Shown here: in pieces, positions 13,077 through 24,945 of the stretch
Layout: every line of letters starts with the position of its first letter
Position numbering within the stretch: position 1 is the first letter of the stretch
DNA from: Psammoneis japonica
Taxonomy: Eukaryota
Direction: 5' to 3'
Assembly (NCBI GenBank): GCA_008632985.1
Contig: QPGO01000024.1
Coordinates: 635,848 to 699,847 of the forward strand
DNA: 64,000 nucleotides
Notes under the pieces: generated by a model
Seen by the model: the letters and a program-made list of their open reading frames with translations, nothing else
What the model was told of the DNA's origin: nothing
Database searches by the model: none
Program-made: the position numbers and the translations under genes

Positions 13077-14242
13077 ATGCCTCCTACAAGTACCGAGAAC
13101 AGTAACGACGAGAACCTCGAGCCGGTCGCCAATAACCGAGGAATGGTAGATACTTCCTCGTCAGGCGCTACCGGTATTAACAAGCCATCCTTGCAAGACG
13201 CTGATACCAAGTATACTGTTTGTCGTTTTGAAATCAGTAGGCTTGAGGGCGGCCGTGGCTTGCCGAGAATGACTACCACATTGACCTTGTCGTATCGAAA
13301 CACGGACTCTTTGATATCGTCACGTCCGTGTTTGACGTGCTGCAGAAAGAGAATTTGACTCTCGATTCGTACTACAGCCATCTATGGTCGCTTCAGTTCA
13401 ACGACACCAAGTTCAACTATGGTTGGAGAGACTGCAGTGGGGCAGCGGTCAAGAACCACCTGGATCACAAAGAGCCGCATGTGCTGAACGGGCTCGCAAA
13501 ACATCTCCAAGACGGGCAGCAAGGATCCTTTTCAGGGGAATCTGCAACTTTTGATTTTGTAGTCAAGAGCGCTGCTTTTAAGGAAATCCGTACGAACCAA
13601 GTAGACGCTTATCCCAAGGTGACTGCCATCCCGAACGCCATTTCTTCGAAACTTGAAGATGATTGGATCTCCGACGAAAGGAAGGATCAGTGCCGCATCC
13701 TTCAGAAAAAGTGGCAGTCCTTTTATAAAAGCCCAAACGAATGGCGTAGAGACCGGACCTCTCTTGAATATGTTCTCAAGCTTCCCATTCGTCCAGAGTG
13801 GAGCGGCGACGAGTGTGAAATCATGGCCCTCTTGCTCAATGCAGGAAGCAAATTCAAAAAATCGTGGACAACTGTTCTGCAGTATGCCTTTTGCGATCGC
13901 GCCGAAACCGCTACATCCGGAGAATGGTACAAGCTGCAGCGAGAAAGCTATACTCGTGACCACTATGGACGATCCATGTCAAATGACGCCAAAATACAGT
14001 TGGCCAAGCGACTTGCCAGGGCTCGTGTCAACAAGTTACTAAAGCAGGGAGGTCCTCCCCAGGGTCCTCCACCTCATCCTTTTGTCAAGACGGAAACCGT
14101 GTTGCGCAAGCGTGGACTGATTACCGATGACATGGATGACAAGACAAAGAAACGTCAGCTTCGTATGTTTGAATGGGATGTGCGAGAGGGGCTATTCGAC
14201 AGCGGTGAGGAGGGCAGGAACGGCGGTGTTCGTATTCGTTAG
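13077..14242 (+). CDS. Hypothetical protein (intact member of a repeated family; main ORF 13328-14242, possible upstream exon from 13077)
   Basis: 304-aa ORF with normal TA/CG content; a homologous decayed fragment lies at 8761-9032. No family recognised. Confidence 0.55.
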
Positions 14243-14590
14243 AGGTTCATGGGTAACCAGAAGTTCCAGAGAATGCATTGGCATGTTTGAACGCTTTAAC
14301 TTTTGTGTGATGTGACCGATGGAAGTGAATAGGAATGATCCGGTTTCGTCTTTGGTAAAGAATCGAATCCGGCTTTCGTTCTAATTAGGTAGAAATACGC
14401 AAATCTTTTTAGTAGGGATCTCCATGAGCAGATAATCGAGAGTCATTTGCAACATATTCAACACGCAACATACTCTAGTTTCTTCATCTGTGACATCATA
14501 CCAAGGAGTGCTCGTCGATCTGCTAGAGCAATTGAGAAAACAGGTTGTTCCTGTGCTTTTGGTTACAATCGTCTTTAATGAGGTTCTACT

Positions 14591-15757
14591 TTATGGTGAG
14601 TCGCTGTGAATATTGCAGTCAAAACCAATGCTGTCTCCTATTCCAGCGGCGCAAAAGTGTGCTTTGATCCTGTCTATCAGTTCCATCGGTATGGCTGGCT
14701 CTCCGCTTCCAGTCCACGCCAGAATCTGAGCCAAAGGGAATTTTCTTAAAAAGTCGACAAAGGGCTGAACATTCTTTGACATTAGCCTCGCATTAATGGC
14801 AAGAACGAGTCCTATGAGAAAGGAGCGAAACGATACGAAGTGATGAGAGCACAAACCACAATGTCAGTTCTTACAGGAGGCCTCGAAATGAGTGTGATTC
14901 CTGTGTTTACCTGCCGACCGTTTCATAACATTGTACTTATTCACTATTGCGATCATTTGATCAAGATCGTCTTGCACAAACGCAGATTCGGAGCGATAAT
15001 CACATCTGTACCCCAAGGAAAAGGCGAACTGAAGACCTGGCTTAGTGTGCTTACACGCAGCAAGAAGCGGCATCAATGTGAATGATCCATTTTTCTAGAT
15101 CCACAATTGTGTGCATCAAACACGATTACTCACCTGTGAATCGATACACCGTAAGCAAGTTTGCATGAACGCGTCGGCTTCAATAGTGGCTTTCTCTCTG
15201 GAGCCCGGGCCGGGAAGCACGTCTGCGTTCAAGTACACAATTTTGCCACCCGGGCTTATTCTCATCGACGTTGCAATTTCCAAAGATTTCCCAACTGCTT
15301 CCAGTTCCTTAAAATCTAATTTGATGTGCTTTATTAGCGTGCGAGACGTGGTTGACGTGTTTCTTGGTGCAGCCATGTCAAAGAATTTTTCCATTGAAAG
15401 ATCACTTTCAATTGCCGGCGGGTGAGCGGCGATCGGAATCGTTAGTTTCTTGTTCAGAGCATATCCCATGAGAATATCTGTTTCAATGGCACTAATATCC
15501 TTGTCTTGTAACGCATTCGTTAACATTTGTATCGTCGTGGTAGAGTGCATCCACTTTTGATCTGCGGAAGGTAGCCGAGTGGCGTCGAAATCATCCCGCC
15601 CATCCTTCATTACTTCGATGTCCCTCTTTGGAAAAAATAAAGGAGCCTGTAATACAACAAAAGACCGATGACAAGACAAAACCAAATAAAGCATCAATAC
15701 AACAGAGTCGTCCTCAGCTACGGCAAGAATCGAAAGCTCGTTTCCTTCACGCTTCAC
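14591..15757 (-). CDS. Menorin/FAM151 (DUF2181)-like protein, paralog B, multi-exon
   Basis: WMHSTTT, AIETDILMG, AAHPP, KHIKLDFKE, YLNADVLPGPG; exons FAFSLGY (in ORF 14864-15076) and LVLAINARL...QILAWTG.GEP...IGFD (in ORF 14591-14854). Same exon pattern as paralog A. Start uncertain. Confidence 0.75.
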
Positions 15758-17051
15758 GGTCTTGCGTCAAGGGGTCTTGCTATTGGACGCGAATGAACTC
15801 TGCGCTCTGCGCACTCGGATCTCGGATCGTTCCCGACGCGACACCAATAAGCTAATTTTCGTTTTCTCGACACCTACTCTTGCGCGACAGATGGCTAATG
15901 AGACCATGCATATGATGCAGGATCACGCCATGTGAGATGTGAGATGTTGTGACATGGCGAACAGTTGTTTTTATTACAGAAGTTGCGTGCCTGATGGCGC
16001 CGTTTAGTTGTGCGGACTTTTTGAATATTTTGAAGTTGATTTTGGATTTTTTCATTTTTCGATCTATTCAACGTGGATCAAACAAGCAGACAAACACACC
16101 ACGCGATCAAACTGCCGGCTGTTGGAAAGCATTTTTCGGAGGTTGGACGGGACGGGCAGGTGGAATGGCTTCAACTTTCTTCTTCCAAGGCTTGAAGCCA
16201 GCAGGATTGAGCCATTGTCCAAGAAAATTGGCCTCTTGAACACATCATTTTTGCACTTCACAGAGGGCACACTTCTTGGTGGCTGGCCCTCGCAAGAGCC
16301 CACTCTCTCTTGTTGCAACAAGGGGCGCAAGACTTTCTAAAAACAAGACAACAGATGAAAACCAAAAGTGATGTCAAAAGGCTGGGCATCATTGTCACAA
16401 GTTTCAACATCCTAACTGTGCACAGTCTTTTCAACAGCAGCAGCTTGTGCACAACATCGTGAGCCTTCTTCGCTCTTGACCATGACATTTTTCATCAGCT
16501 GGGTCCAGCCAAATCTGTCTTTGCAGCACTCAGTTTGGGTTTTCACAGCTGTTGTTGAGTTTGTCCATCAAATCTGATGCCACATGCCAACTTTGTGACT
16601 TCCACCAGTGGGGATTGTCTCCATGGGGATGACACAATCTGGCCAACAAAAAGGCCTTGATTTGCAGTGCCGAGCTTTGGACCAACCTCTTGTGGAGGAA
16701 ATCTCAGCCCAACATCTGCACATCATCAAACAGAGGAGGAGCTCCAGTCCCATTGACTCATCAAAAGGTCTTGTCACACTCCAGCAAAGTCAAGTTGCTG
16801 AGCAAAGCTCTCCATCTGAAATGAAATGATGATTTGGCCAAAATTTTGAGAAGAATGAGTTCCTTGTGTTCCTCCTTGCCAAGCAAGGGGCTGTGCCTCA
16901 ATGTGACACTCCTTGGAACAGATCCTGGGCACACCAGCCCCCCTGGAGCAAAGCAACACCCATGTGCTGTTTGAGACAATTTGTGCTGTTGAGTCATGCA
17001 CACATGAGATTTGTGTGACAGCTGGGGCAGGCCATCCTTTTTTGCTGCCCC

Positions 17052-17105
<54 letters not shown>

Positions 17106-17108
17106 TGC
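17052..17108. repeat. (TGT)n-(TGC)n compound trinucleotide microsatellite
   Basis: tgttgttgt...ttgctgctgctg visible directly. Confidence 0.95.
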
Positions 17109-18339
17109 CACAGCCTTCAGAACAGACACTGGGACTGTCACAGGAGCAGAGCTGTGCCGTGCACTCCAAATGGCGTGGCAGTCAGCTGCAAGTGCAAAAC
17201 TGAAGTGCCGCAGTGCTGAACAATGTCAGTTGTGTTTGGGAAGCAACAAGGGTGGTGTGCAGGAGAAGAGCAAGTGCAGCTGCACAACCAACAAGTCACA
17301 TTGTGGCCTTGTTGTAGCTGATGCAGCTGAAACTGTGAAATGTGTTTGCACTGGGCTGACTTGAGAAAACAAAAAATGCAAAGGTTTGTGACTCATGAAT
17401 CTTGTTTCTCTGCAGCTCTGTTGTCTGTTGCTCTTGAGCCTTTTGCAGCATGCAACGACCCCCAATCAATCCTGTTCACACCTTCAGAAGCTCAAGCACC
17501 AATGGCCAATCTGACAGCTCATGCAGTCTGTGACCACCAATGTCAACAAGAGTTGCAAAATGGCAACCAAATGGACATTTCAGCCCGGGGATTCTGTCTG
17601 TGAACAAATGACAGACACTGCAGTGAACACAAGAGCTGCAAATGCAATGCAGCATCTTGTCTGATGAAAACTCTGGAACAGATCACAGCAGATTCACTGG
17701 AAGGAGAAGAAGCAGAAGTGCCTCAAGCCACATCTTGAACAACACCACCACTTTGCACCCATCCCAGTGGCATGGGTGCTGCGGCAGCTCAGTCAGAAAG
17801 GAGGCTCAAGAGCTGCCCTGCAATTGGTCACCTCTAAAATTTCTGACAAATGGCAAAAGCCACACTCAAAAGTTTGTGGATTCATCAGTGCAAGGTTTGG
17901 CATTGCTCCAGCAAGAGCAGCTCACTGTTGCATCAAGGGATTGCAAATTCCCTCTTCACAGATTAGCGCCAGACATTTCTGCAATGCACCAACTGCAAAG
18001 ACAGCCAAGTCAAGACAAACTGTCATTGCGTGTGAACAATGAAAAACCCATGCCAAGCACTGACAGCATCCCAAACCTGCTGCAGCATGAAGACAAAGCA
18101 CCAAAAATGATTCAAAGTCTGTGCATGATTGCTCTTTGCAAATTTCTTGTGTGCACAAAACCCAGTCCTGTGTTCATGTGCTCTCTCAACTGCACAAATC
18201 CTCCTTTTCTCTCTGCAAATGAGGGGTGAAAAACCACATCTCATCACCACTGCAACAGCTGGCATTTGGCATTTCTTTTCTTGGCAACCAAGCTGTGCCC
18301 CAAGGCAAGAAGGGCTGCTGCACCACTTGCAAGCAGTGC

Positions 18340-21000
18340 CACATCAAAATGACTGGCAATTGTGCAAGTGACTCTGGCAGCAAGTCTCTTTGCTTTGTGG
18401 ATGCTTGACTTGAACATGGGGCACACCATTGCCAACCAATTCAGCAACATGGGGGTGGAGTGAGTCAAGTGTTCATCAACCGAATCAAACAAGTGTGCCT
18501 TGTTTTTTGCCAGACAGTCATCAACTCTTGAGTGGATGGCCTTGACTTTTGCCTTGGTGTCACAACAATGAGAAGACTTCCTGGTTTCAGAGACATGGCC
18601 ATGAAAACAATGTCATTGCAACAATCCCACAATTTCCACCATTGGGACCAGATGTGTGAATCTGTTGCAGCTGGTTGAGCCACTGCCCAGTCCAATTGTT
18701 GCCAGCAGTGTTGCTGCCCTGATCTTGAGATCTGCTTTCTGCTGAACATGGCTGCTGAGCTTCACTTTGCCATGCAGAAAACCTGCCATTAAAGATGTGA
18801 TGCCACCCTGTTCCATCTTGAGAATGGAAGACAGCACAGATGCTGTGGCATGCTTTGTCAGAATGTGGTGGAAACTTTTCTTGAAACCAGCAGGACTCTG
18901 TCACACAACACCAAGTCACACGCAAAGAAGGAGAAGTGTCCACCTCATTGCACTTCCTTCTTGCACAAGCTCTGAAGGAAAGCTCAGCACCATTGTTCGT
19001 TGCAAGGGCAACCAAGAACATGATCCCTGTCTTCCACAGGAGACTGGCAATGAGTGCAACAGTCCAGGCAAATTGGACTGTGCCAGCAGATGATTTCATC
19101 AGTGGGCAAAAGATCTTGAACAAGTTTGACAGCTGTTTTGCATGAACCTGCCAGTTGATGGAATGCAAGATGGCATCAGACCATCCATGCTTGTCCTTCA
19201 TGCAGATGCAGAGTGCAAGAGCAGATGCTTCATGGTGCAGCACTGATGTGAACTTTGTCACAGAAGATTCATTTGCAAAACAAGACTTGCCACACAAGGA
19301 GGCAAGCATGGTGCCAGCTTCTTGTTTCCCAAGAAGGAACCATGGTGCCATCCTGCCAGGCAACCAGCTTGGACATTGCTCAACTGAGCCAGCACGGAGA
19401 GCAACTCATGTGGAACAATGTCTTCCTGGTGACTTTTTGTCCATGACGCCACCACTTGAGCACCGGCAAGGTCACCAACAGAGCACTCTGATCCATGTCC
19501 ATTGGAGTGAATGGAAAATTTCATGCAGCATGTCCCAATCAGAAGCCAGAGCATGTTTGCAATGTGACGTTGGTGTGCAAAGTCACTGTCTGGGTCTGGC
19601 AATGCCTTGTCATCTAAAAGGGGGCACAAAGTGAAAATTGGAAACACTGTGAACCAGAGAGGAGGAGTTGTTGCAAAACAATTCAACTTCCAATGGAAAG
19701 ACCATTTGAGAGTGCTCTGCAACTTGGAGAAGGAAGCAAAGAAACAACAACAATCTGTGAGCCTCAGCTTGGTCTGAGGATGGCCAAAAACCAAAAACCA
19801 AGACTGCACAATCAACCTGAGGAGGAGTGCCATTGATGGTCAAAGTCCAGCCAAAGAAAGTGTTAAAATCAAATCCAACAAAGAGCACAGCAGCCAAGGA
19901 ATGAAAAGAGGAGTTGGAACAATCCTGCACAGAGCACCACTTTGTGTTGAAAAAGGCTTGGCACAGGCGTGCTCTTTCTTCTTGACACAATTGGCTTGAG
20001 TGTGGACATCACTTCCAACCATGCCCAGATGACATGTTCTGGGTGTGGTTGGTGTTTTTGTTCTGCCAACTTCACTTTTTGTCATGCAAGCACATGGGCT
20101 GGCCTTCATTGCTTGCTTGGTCAAAATGATGGGCAACAGCAGCATGACCAGCCTGAGCAACACTTGCCACGAAGCTCAATCTTAACAAGAGATGAGCAAA
20201 CAATGCAGGACCCATTGGTGTGTTGCAGCTGGTGAGCCACTTCTTGATGAAAATGATTTTGCATGTGCAACAACATCTCAGTGATGTGCTCTCTCCTTCC
20301 TCCAGCAAAAATTGGACAAATTCCAGCACATTTGGAGCCATCATTGAATTCTTGAGTGTGCTTGTCATCTTTGAGCAACAAACAAAGGTTGAATGTTTGC
20401 TCAACACACACATGCTGGACTCCAGAAAGCAGCTTGGCAGATGCAACAAACAACAAATGTCTCTGGCAGCAATCAACAGGAGCAAAAAATGGCAAATGCT
20501 TCACAACAAAATGGGTTTTGACAAGATCAAGAATGTGCAGCAACTGGGTTGGGCCTGGCTGGCAACTCACCCTTGATCCAATTTTTCTTCTCTTTTCTTG
20601 TTGACCCAAGTTGCAAAAATGAGGGTGTCATTGCAACAAGGCAGAGCAAACACAAGCTGGTGCAACAATGAGAGCACAACTTTGTGAGCAAGAAGTGCCA
20701 AACGGTGGCTTGTGAAGACAACTTGACACTCTTCTCCTTGACAATTGTGCAAGGAACAAGGAGCCAAGAAGGAACTGCTGTCTGGGCACCACCCTTCTGC
20801 TGTGGCTCTCATGGCACACAATGTGTTGGTCAGGGTGTGCACATGTGGTGTGTCAGAGGAAGCACACACTGCTGACACATGAAGCACAAGTGGCCATTTT
20901 GTTCCAAGAGTCTTGCATTGCCAAGACAAACTTCACTCAAGAGACTTTGGAGAGTCTCCTCTCTCATAATTTTCAATCTGATTGCAGCAGCACCAGTGCC
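18340..21000 (-). mobile_element. 5'-truncated, decayed non-LTR retrotransposon (RNase H domain and C-terminal region)
   Basis: Minus-strand fragments FGW.L, PSSDQAEAHRLLLFLCFL (cf. PSSYRAEAYGLLSFLRFL), FCNNSS (cf. YCDN), WTKSHQED...LSVLAQL.NVQAGCLA (cf. W.K.HQD...LN..AD.LA), GWSDAILHSINW, HIFNGRFS, WWKLWDCCND (cf. LW..RN). Consensus motifs recalled from algal non-LTR elements, not from a search. Confidence 0.7.
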
Positions 21001-21557
21001 TTGAATCCACTGTGTGTTGACATGTGCCATTGTCTGCTGGCTGTGCTCTGCAGCCAGTCACACCCGCGCTTCGCGAATCATCACAATGCGTGAGGAAGGG
21101 TGGGGTCATCACCCCAGCTGGAGCCTTTTCATTTCTCTCCAGGCCCCAGAGAGGATTCTTATACTCTCCACCGGTGCGCTATGAGGCCCATTTCATTGTT
21201 CCTGCCCTCCCGCACTTTTGGATGCTGTGTGGCTCTTTCTGTGTCCGAGATTGCTGTCGCACTCATTTGCAAACTTTAAACCCTAGTTTGCATTCACCGC
21301 TACGTGCTTTAATAACACAGAGTCCATGGCTCAAGGAGAAAAGCTATTGACAGCACACTATCGTGTTGCAACACAAGAGCTCAATTGCTGATCTACGAAA
21401 CTAGTAACTACCTAATTTACGGTGTTGTATTTCGATCCCTGATGTGCTTCGCGTCAGTAACCTAGAACACTTGTATGCTTCTTGTAGAATGGCTATCAAG
21501 CGACTTTCATGGTAACGGTGTGTTCTCGACAATTAGTTTAGCATTCCGTTTGATCGC

Positions 21558-22031
21558 TTATCGCCCAAGCCTCACGCTATCGCAGAAGATGCTTCGCTGA
21601 CTACGCGGAAAGAGTATGTGCAGCGTCCGAAGAAGTGTTTCATTATTATTTGAATGGGACGCCCCGGAAGACGCTGAACTTGTCGAAACCATTGGTACAC
21701 GAAGTGCAACAGCATGTCCATTGTAATCCTTGACGAGTAAGGCGGACTCCTCTGTTTCAATCGTAATTAAAGGAGACTGCTGCGCTTCATTCTTATGCAG
21801 CAAGGTGGACGCCAACCGCGTTAAAGAGGTAAAGATCCCAGTTTCGTCGTTCTGAGGCTCTCCTTTCTTGGAGAGTAATAGCCCGCTGGGGTCATTGCAA
21901 ACAGCACCCGTGATACCTGCGGGTTGACCTGGAGACACCAAGAAGGACTCGTCCGCTATCACGCCGTTCTGGCTGCTGTTGTTACTGGTTGTTTCAAACT
22001 CCCTTTCGGTAACAACTTGCGCACGACTCAT
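21558..22031 (-). CDS. LAMTOR5: Ragulator subunit LAMTOR5 (HBXIP)-like
   Basis: GITGAVCNDPSGLLL...GIFTSLTRLA...PLITIETE...LLVKDYNGHAVAL matches the roadblock-fold LAMTOR5 pattern (GV.C.D.QGL...G....L...A...P.V.LE). 3' end may be spliced. Confidence 0.7.
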   Translation of the reverse strand: MSRAQVVTEREFETTSNNSSQNGVIADESFLVSPGQPAGITGAVCNDPSGLLLSKKGEPQNDETGIFTSLTRLASTLLHKNEAQQSPLITIETEESALLVKDYNGHAVALRVPMVSTSSASSGASHSNNNETLLRTLHILFPRSQRSIFCDSVRLGR

Positions 22032-22339
22032 TGTTCGGTAGATTCAAGGATAAGAAGGCTCACAAAAATGCAGTATGAATCTTTGGGAAAGGGTTTTGGG
22101 GTGGAGTTGGTTTCAATTGTATTCTCCTTTTGCGCCGCAGTTGCCAATATCTTTTGTCAACTTCTCACGTCATGGTCGACTCCTCAGACCGGCGTACCGC
22201 GCGCGTTAAACGCACTACGCACGCACCGGTATTTACTGTTGACATGCCGCAGAATTCGTGACTTGGAATGCCGGTTCTCCAGTTGTGATCATACAATTTT
22301 CCTCACGTCGATTGACAATTGACATACCGGTACAGTACG

Positions 22340-23389
22340 ATGGGTTGCTGCAGCTCCAAGTCGGATGATGGCATCAAGATTCCTGCTGTGGTTCGCAAGG
22401 CCGCAGACGTCGACGCCATTTCCGATGAGAAGCTGCCACTGGGCATTCTTCTGACGGGTGGTCTTGTCCTGAGGCAGGAAGGACTGGACGGAAGAGGCGT
22501 TCGCATCGCTGTCATTGATTCTGGTATTGACGAAACCCATCCTGGGTTCAATAACAAGGTGCAGCGTAAAAAATGGTTCCGCTCAGGCAATCCCTTGACT
22601 GTGGACGACCATGGGACACATGTCGCGGGAACCATTCACCTCATGGCACCGCAAGCCGAGATTTTTGATTTTCGCGTATTCGGCCCACGTGGGACTGTCT
22701 CGGTTACCGAAGCAATCGCCAAGTCAATCCGGGAGGCAGCCGACATGAATTGCCAGCTAATCAACATGAGTTTGGGAGGTCCTGTTTCTAGTCCATCTAT
22801 CAAAAGTGCGGTGCAGTACGCAGCAGAGAAAGGAGTAATAATGGTTTGCGCGGCGGGGAATGAAGGAGACAACAACCCTTTAACCAACGAAATCAGGTAC
22901 AGCATGTCGGTTGAGTTTTCAATGTCAAAGTCTCAATCGCGAGTGTTTCACATTTTCGATTCCTATTCTTTTTCTGATTTCATATGCAGCTACCCTGCCT
23001 TTTACGAAGAGTGCACGAGTATTGCAGCTGTAGGAAAAAAGAACGGCTTTCCTGTTGCTGTCTTTTCCAACTCAAACAGCCAAGTCGACTACGCCGGCAT
23101 TGGTGTTGACGTTGTATCTTTCAAGCCTGGTGGCGGATATCAGACAATGAGCGGTACATCCATGGCATCGCCGCATTCATGTGGCTTGATTGCCTGCTTG
23201 ATTCAGAAGTTTGGCGGTCGTCAAACGGAGTTGCGCCGTGTTCTCGACGAGTGCCACGCAATTGATATAGCCGCCGAAGGCTATGATAATGCGACGGGTG
23301 TCGGTTTCTTGACTTATCTCGATGAAAGCGCCTTTGACGAGCTCCTCCCGCGAAAGATAGGTGGTCTGAGCCCCGTACGTGTCAATTAG
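22340..23389 (+). CDS. Subtilisin-family (S8A) serine protease with N-terminal MGCC motif; in-frame intron 22897-22989
   Basis: Catalytic triad motifs IAVIDSG, HGTHVAG and SGTSMASPH, plus oxyanion AAGNEG. Removing the 93-bp GT..AG intron restores NEISYPA. Confidence 0.9.
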   Translation: MGCCSSKSDDGIKIPAVVRKAADVDAISDEKLPLGILLTGGLVLRQEGLDGRGVRIAVIDSGIDETHPGFNNKVQRKKWFRSGNPLTVDDHGTHVAGTIHLMAPQAEIFDFRVFGPRGTVSVTEAIAKSIREAADMNCQLINMSLGGPVSSPSIKSAVQYAAEKGVIMVCAAGNEGDNNPLTNEIRYSMSVEFSMSKSQSRVFHIFDSYSFSDFICSYPAFYEECTSIAAVGKKNGFPVAVFSNSNSQVDYAGIGVDVVSFKPGGGYQTMSGTSMASPHSCGLIACLIQKFGGRQTELRRVLDECHAIDIAAEGYDNATGVGFLTYLDESAFDELLPRKIGGLSPVRVN

Positions 23390-23888
23390 TTCCCATCTGG
23401 CATTTAGAGTACTCTCAAACTTGTTACTCGCCGAGGCTTTCAACCGAATGAATCTAATTTATAAGGAAGGGTACTTTGATATGTGTCTGATACGTCGAGT
23501 ATTCGATGCAGACTCCATCGTTGGGCGTCTCTGCGGATTGGCACACATCTGATACCGGTCAACCATTGGGACTCGCCTTACAAGATATGACCCACAGGCC
23601 ACAAGATTCGTCTTGACTGCCCACTTCGCAAAGCCATTCTATTCATGGGCTCAGAATGTGTCAGATAGCAAGGTGCGCACGTTTACGTTGGAAGATGGAT
23701 AAAGGTAGCGTCTATCGGGTTTTAGTGTTTAAAAAAGAGATGCGTCTATCGAACAAGTGAGGTGGCACCTGAACGAGTTGGATCTTGACGGTGTCCATAC
23801 AAAAAGGCCGCAGCGCTGATTGAGGCGAGAGTGCCCTCGTTCGGCTACGTTATTCGTCATCATGGTCAAGAAGAAAGAAATACCATAT

Positions 23889-24945
23889 TCATGGGGGGCG
23901 ACTCGTTGGAGCCTGCGCGGCTGGCGGTGTTGTGCTCGTTTCAACGTTTTCGTCGTCATCTCCATCCCCTGCTATTATAGCTTGCAGAGGGTTTTCTTCG
24001 AGCCATGCTCGGTATTCTTCGGTTCGTTTCACAGTGATGATGATTCGGGCTCTTCGCAGCTCCCTCTCCCGTCCTACAGATACCTTTGCGCCGGACTTTT
24101 GTCGCCCGGACTGTTGTACCGAGTACTCAGATGCCGGAAGCGCAGCGTGCTGCTGAAGCGAGCCACTTGCGAAGCTGCTCTCCGTTGGTTGGACGGGGCC
24201 GGTAGTAGGGGTTGCATACGTGGGAGTAGCCGATGAAACACTAGCAGGGAAGGTTTGTTGACCGTGTACGTCAGCACTACCTGCCTCTGTTGTGTAATGC
24301 TTCTGTTTCTTCCGCTTTGGTTCCACGGTTACATAAGATGTTGAAACCCTGGAAGGAAAAAAGGTTTCGAGAAAATGGATGAAAAAGCATGATTAGGATG
24401 ATGATTCGATGCCTACTCTTATCCATCAACGCCAAAGACAGCGAGACAAGAGACGATGGTTCAAGTATGGCGGAGCGTACTTACCGTACAATGGTCGCCA
24501 GTTTTGATCTTTCAAGGAGATGAGCTGCGTCTACTGCTGACACTATAGCTCCCTCTAGAGCTGATAGGTCACAAACTTCATCGGTTGCGAGGAACTTTCT
24601 AGCTAGATTGAAGAACGCAGCGGGACCCTTCGATGCACTTACGGCGATGACCTGCCTCGGTCTTGAGGCATCATCCACCTGCTGATCACTCGCTGGCCTT
24701 GCTGGGAGCTTTGTATCTTCTTCTTCGTGTTGCTTACGTGCAGTGTCTGTGGCTTGCGGCTTTCGTTGCTCCCCCGAAGGCTCGCTACCGCCATGAGAAA
24801 GCTCATGCTGTGGTCCCTGAGTCGGATATGTCGTGGTTTCTGCAGAATCGGCGATCAGTTGTTGTGGTTGTTGCGTCGTTCCCTCAGGCGCCTGGTCCTG
24901 TCTATGTTTGGAACTCTTATCCCTTCCCCCCCCTTCCGTGTACAT
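23889..24945 (-). CDS. Alba-domain nucleic-acid-binding protein (intron ~24350-24485)
   Basis: IAVSASK...FFNLARKFL...LSALEGAIVSAVDAAHLL......IVR|VSTSYV is an Alba signature split by a GT-AG intron. Confidence 0.75.

Larger units (their letters stand above)
16050..21130. mobile_element. Island 2: TpA/CpG-depleted repeat island
   Basis: Same dinucleotide signature as island 1; contains the retroelement remnant listed separately. Confidence 0.8.

Noticed and set aside
5874..21093. Dense overlapping 60-250 aa Cys/His/Gln-rich ORFs in all six frames inside the islands (also 32-35 kb and 59-62 kb)
   Set aside because: An expected artefact of TpA loss, which removes TAA/TAG stops and turns Tyr into Cys/His; not real genes or an alternative genetic code.
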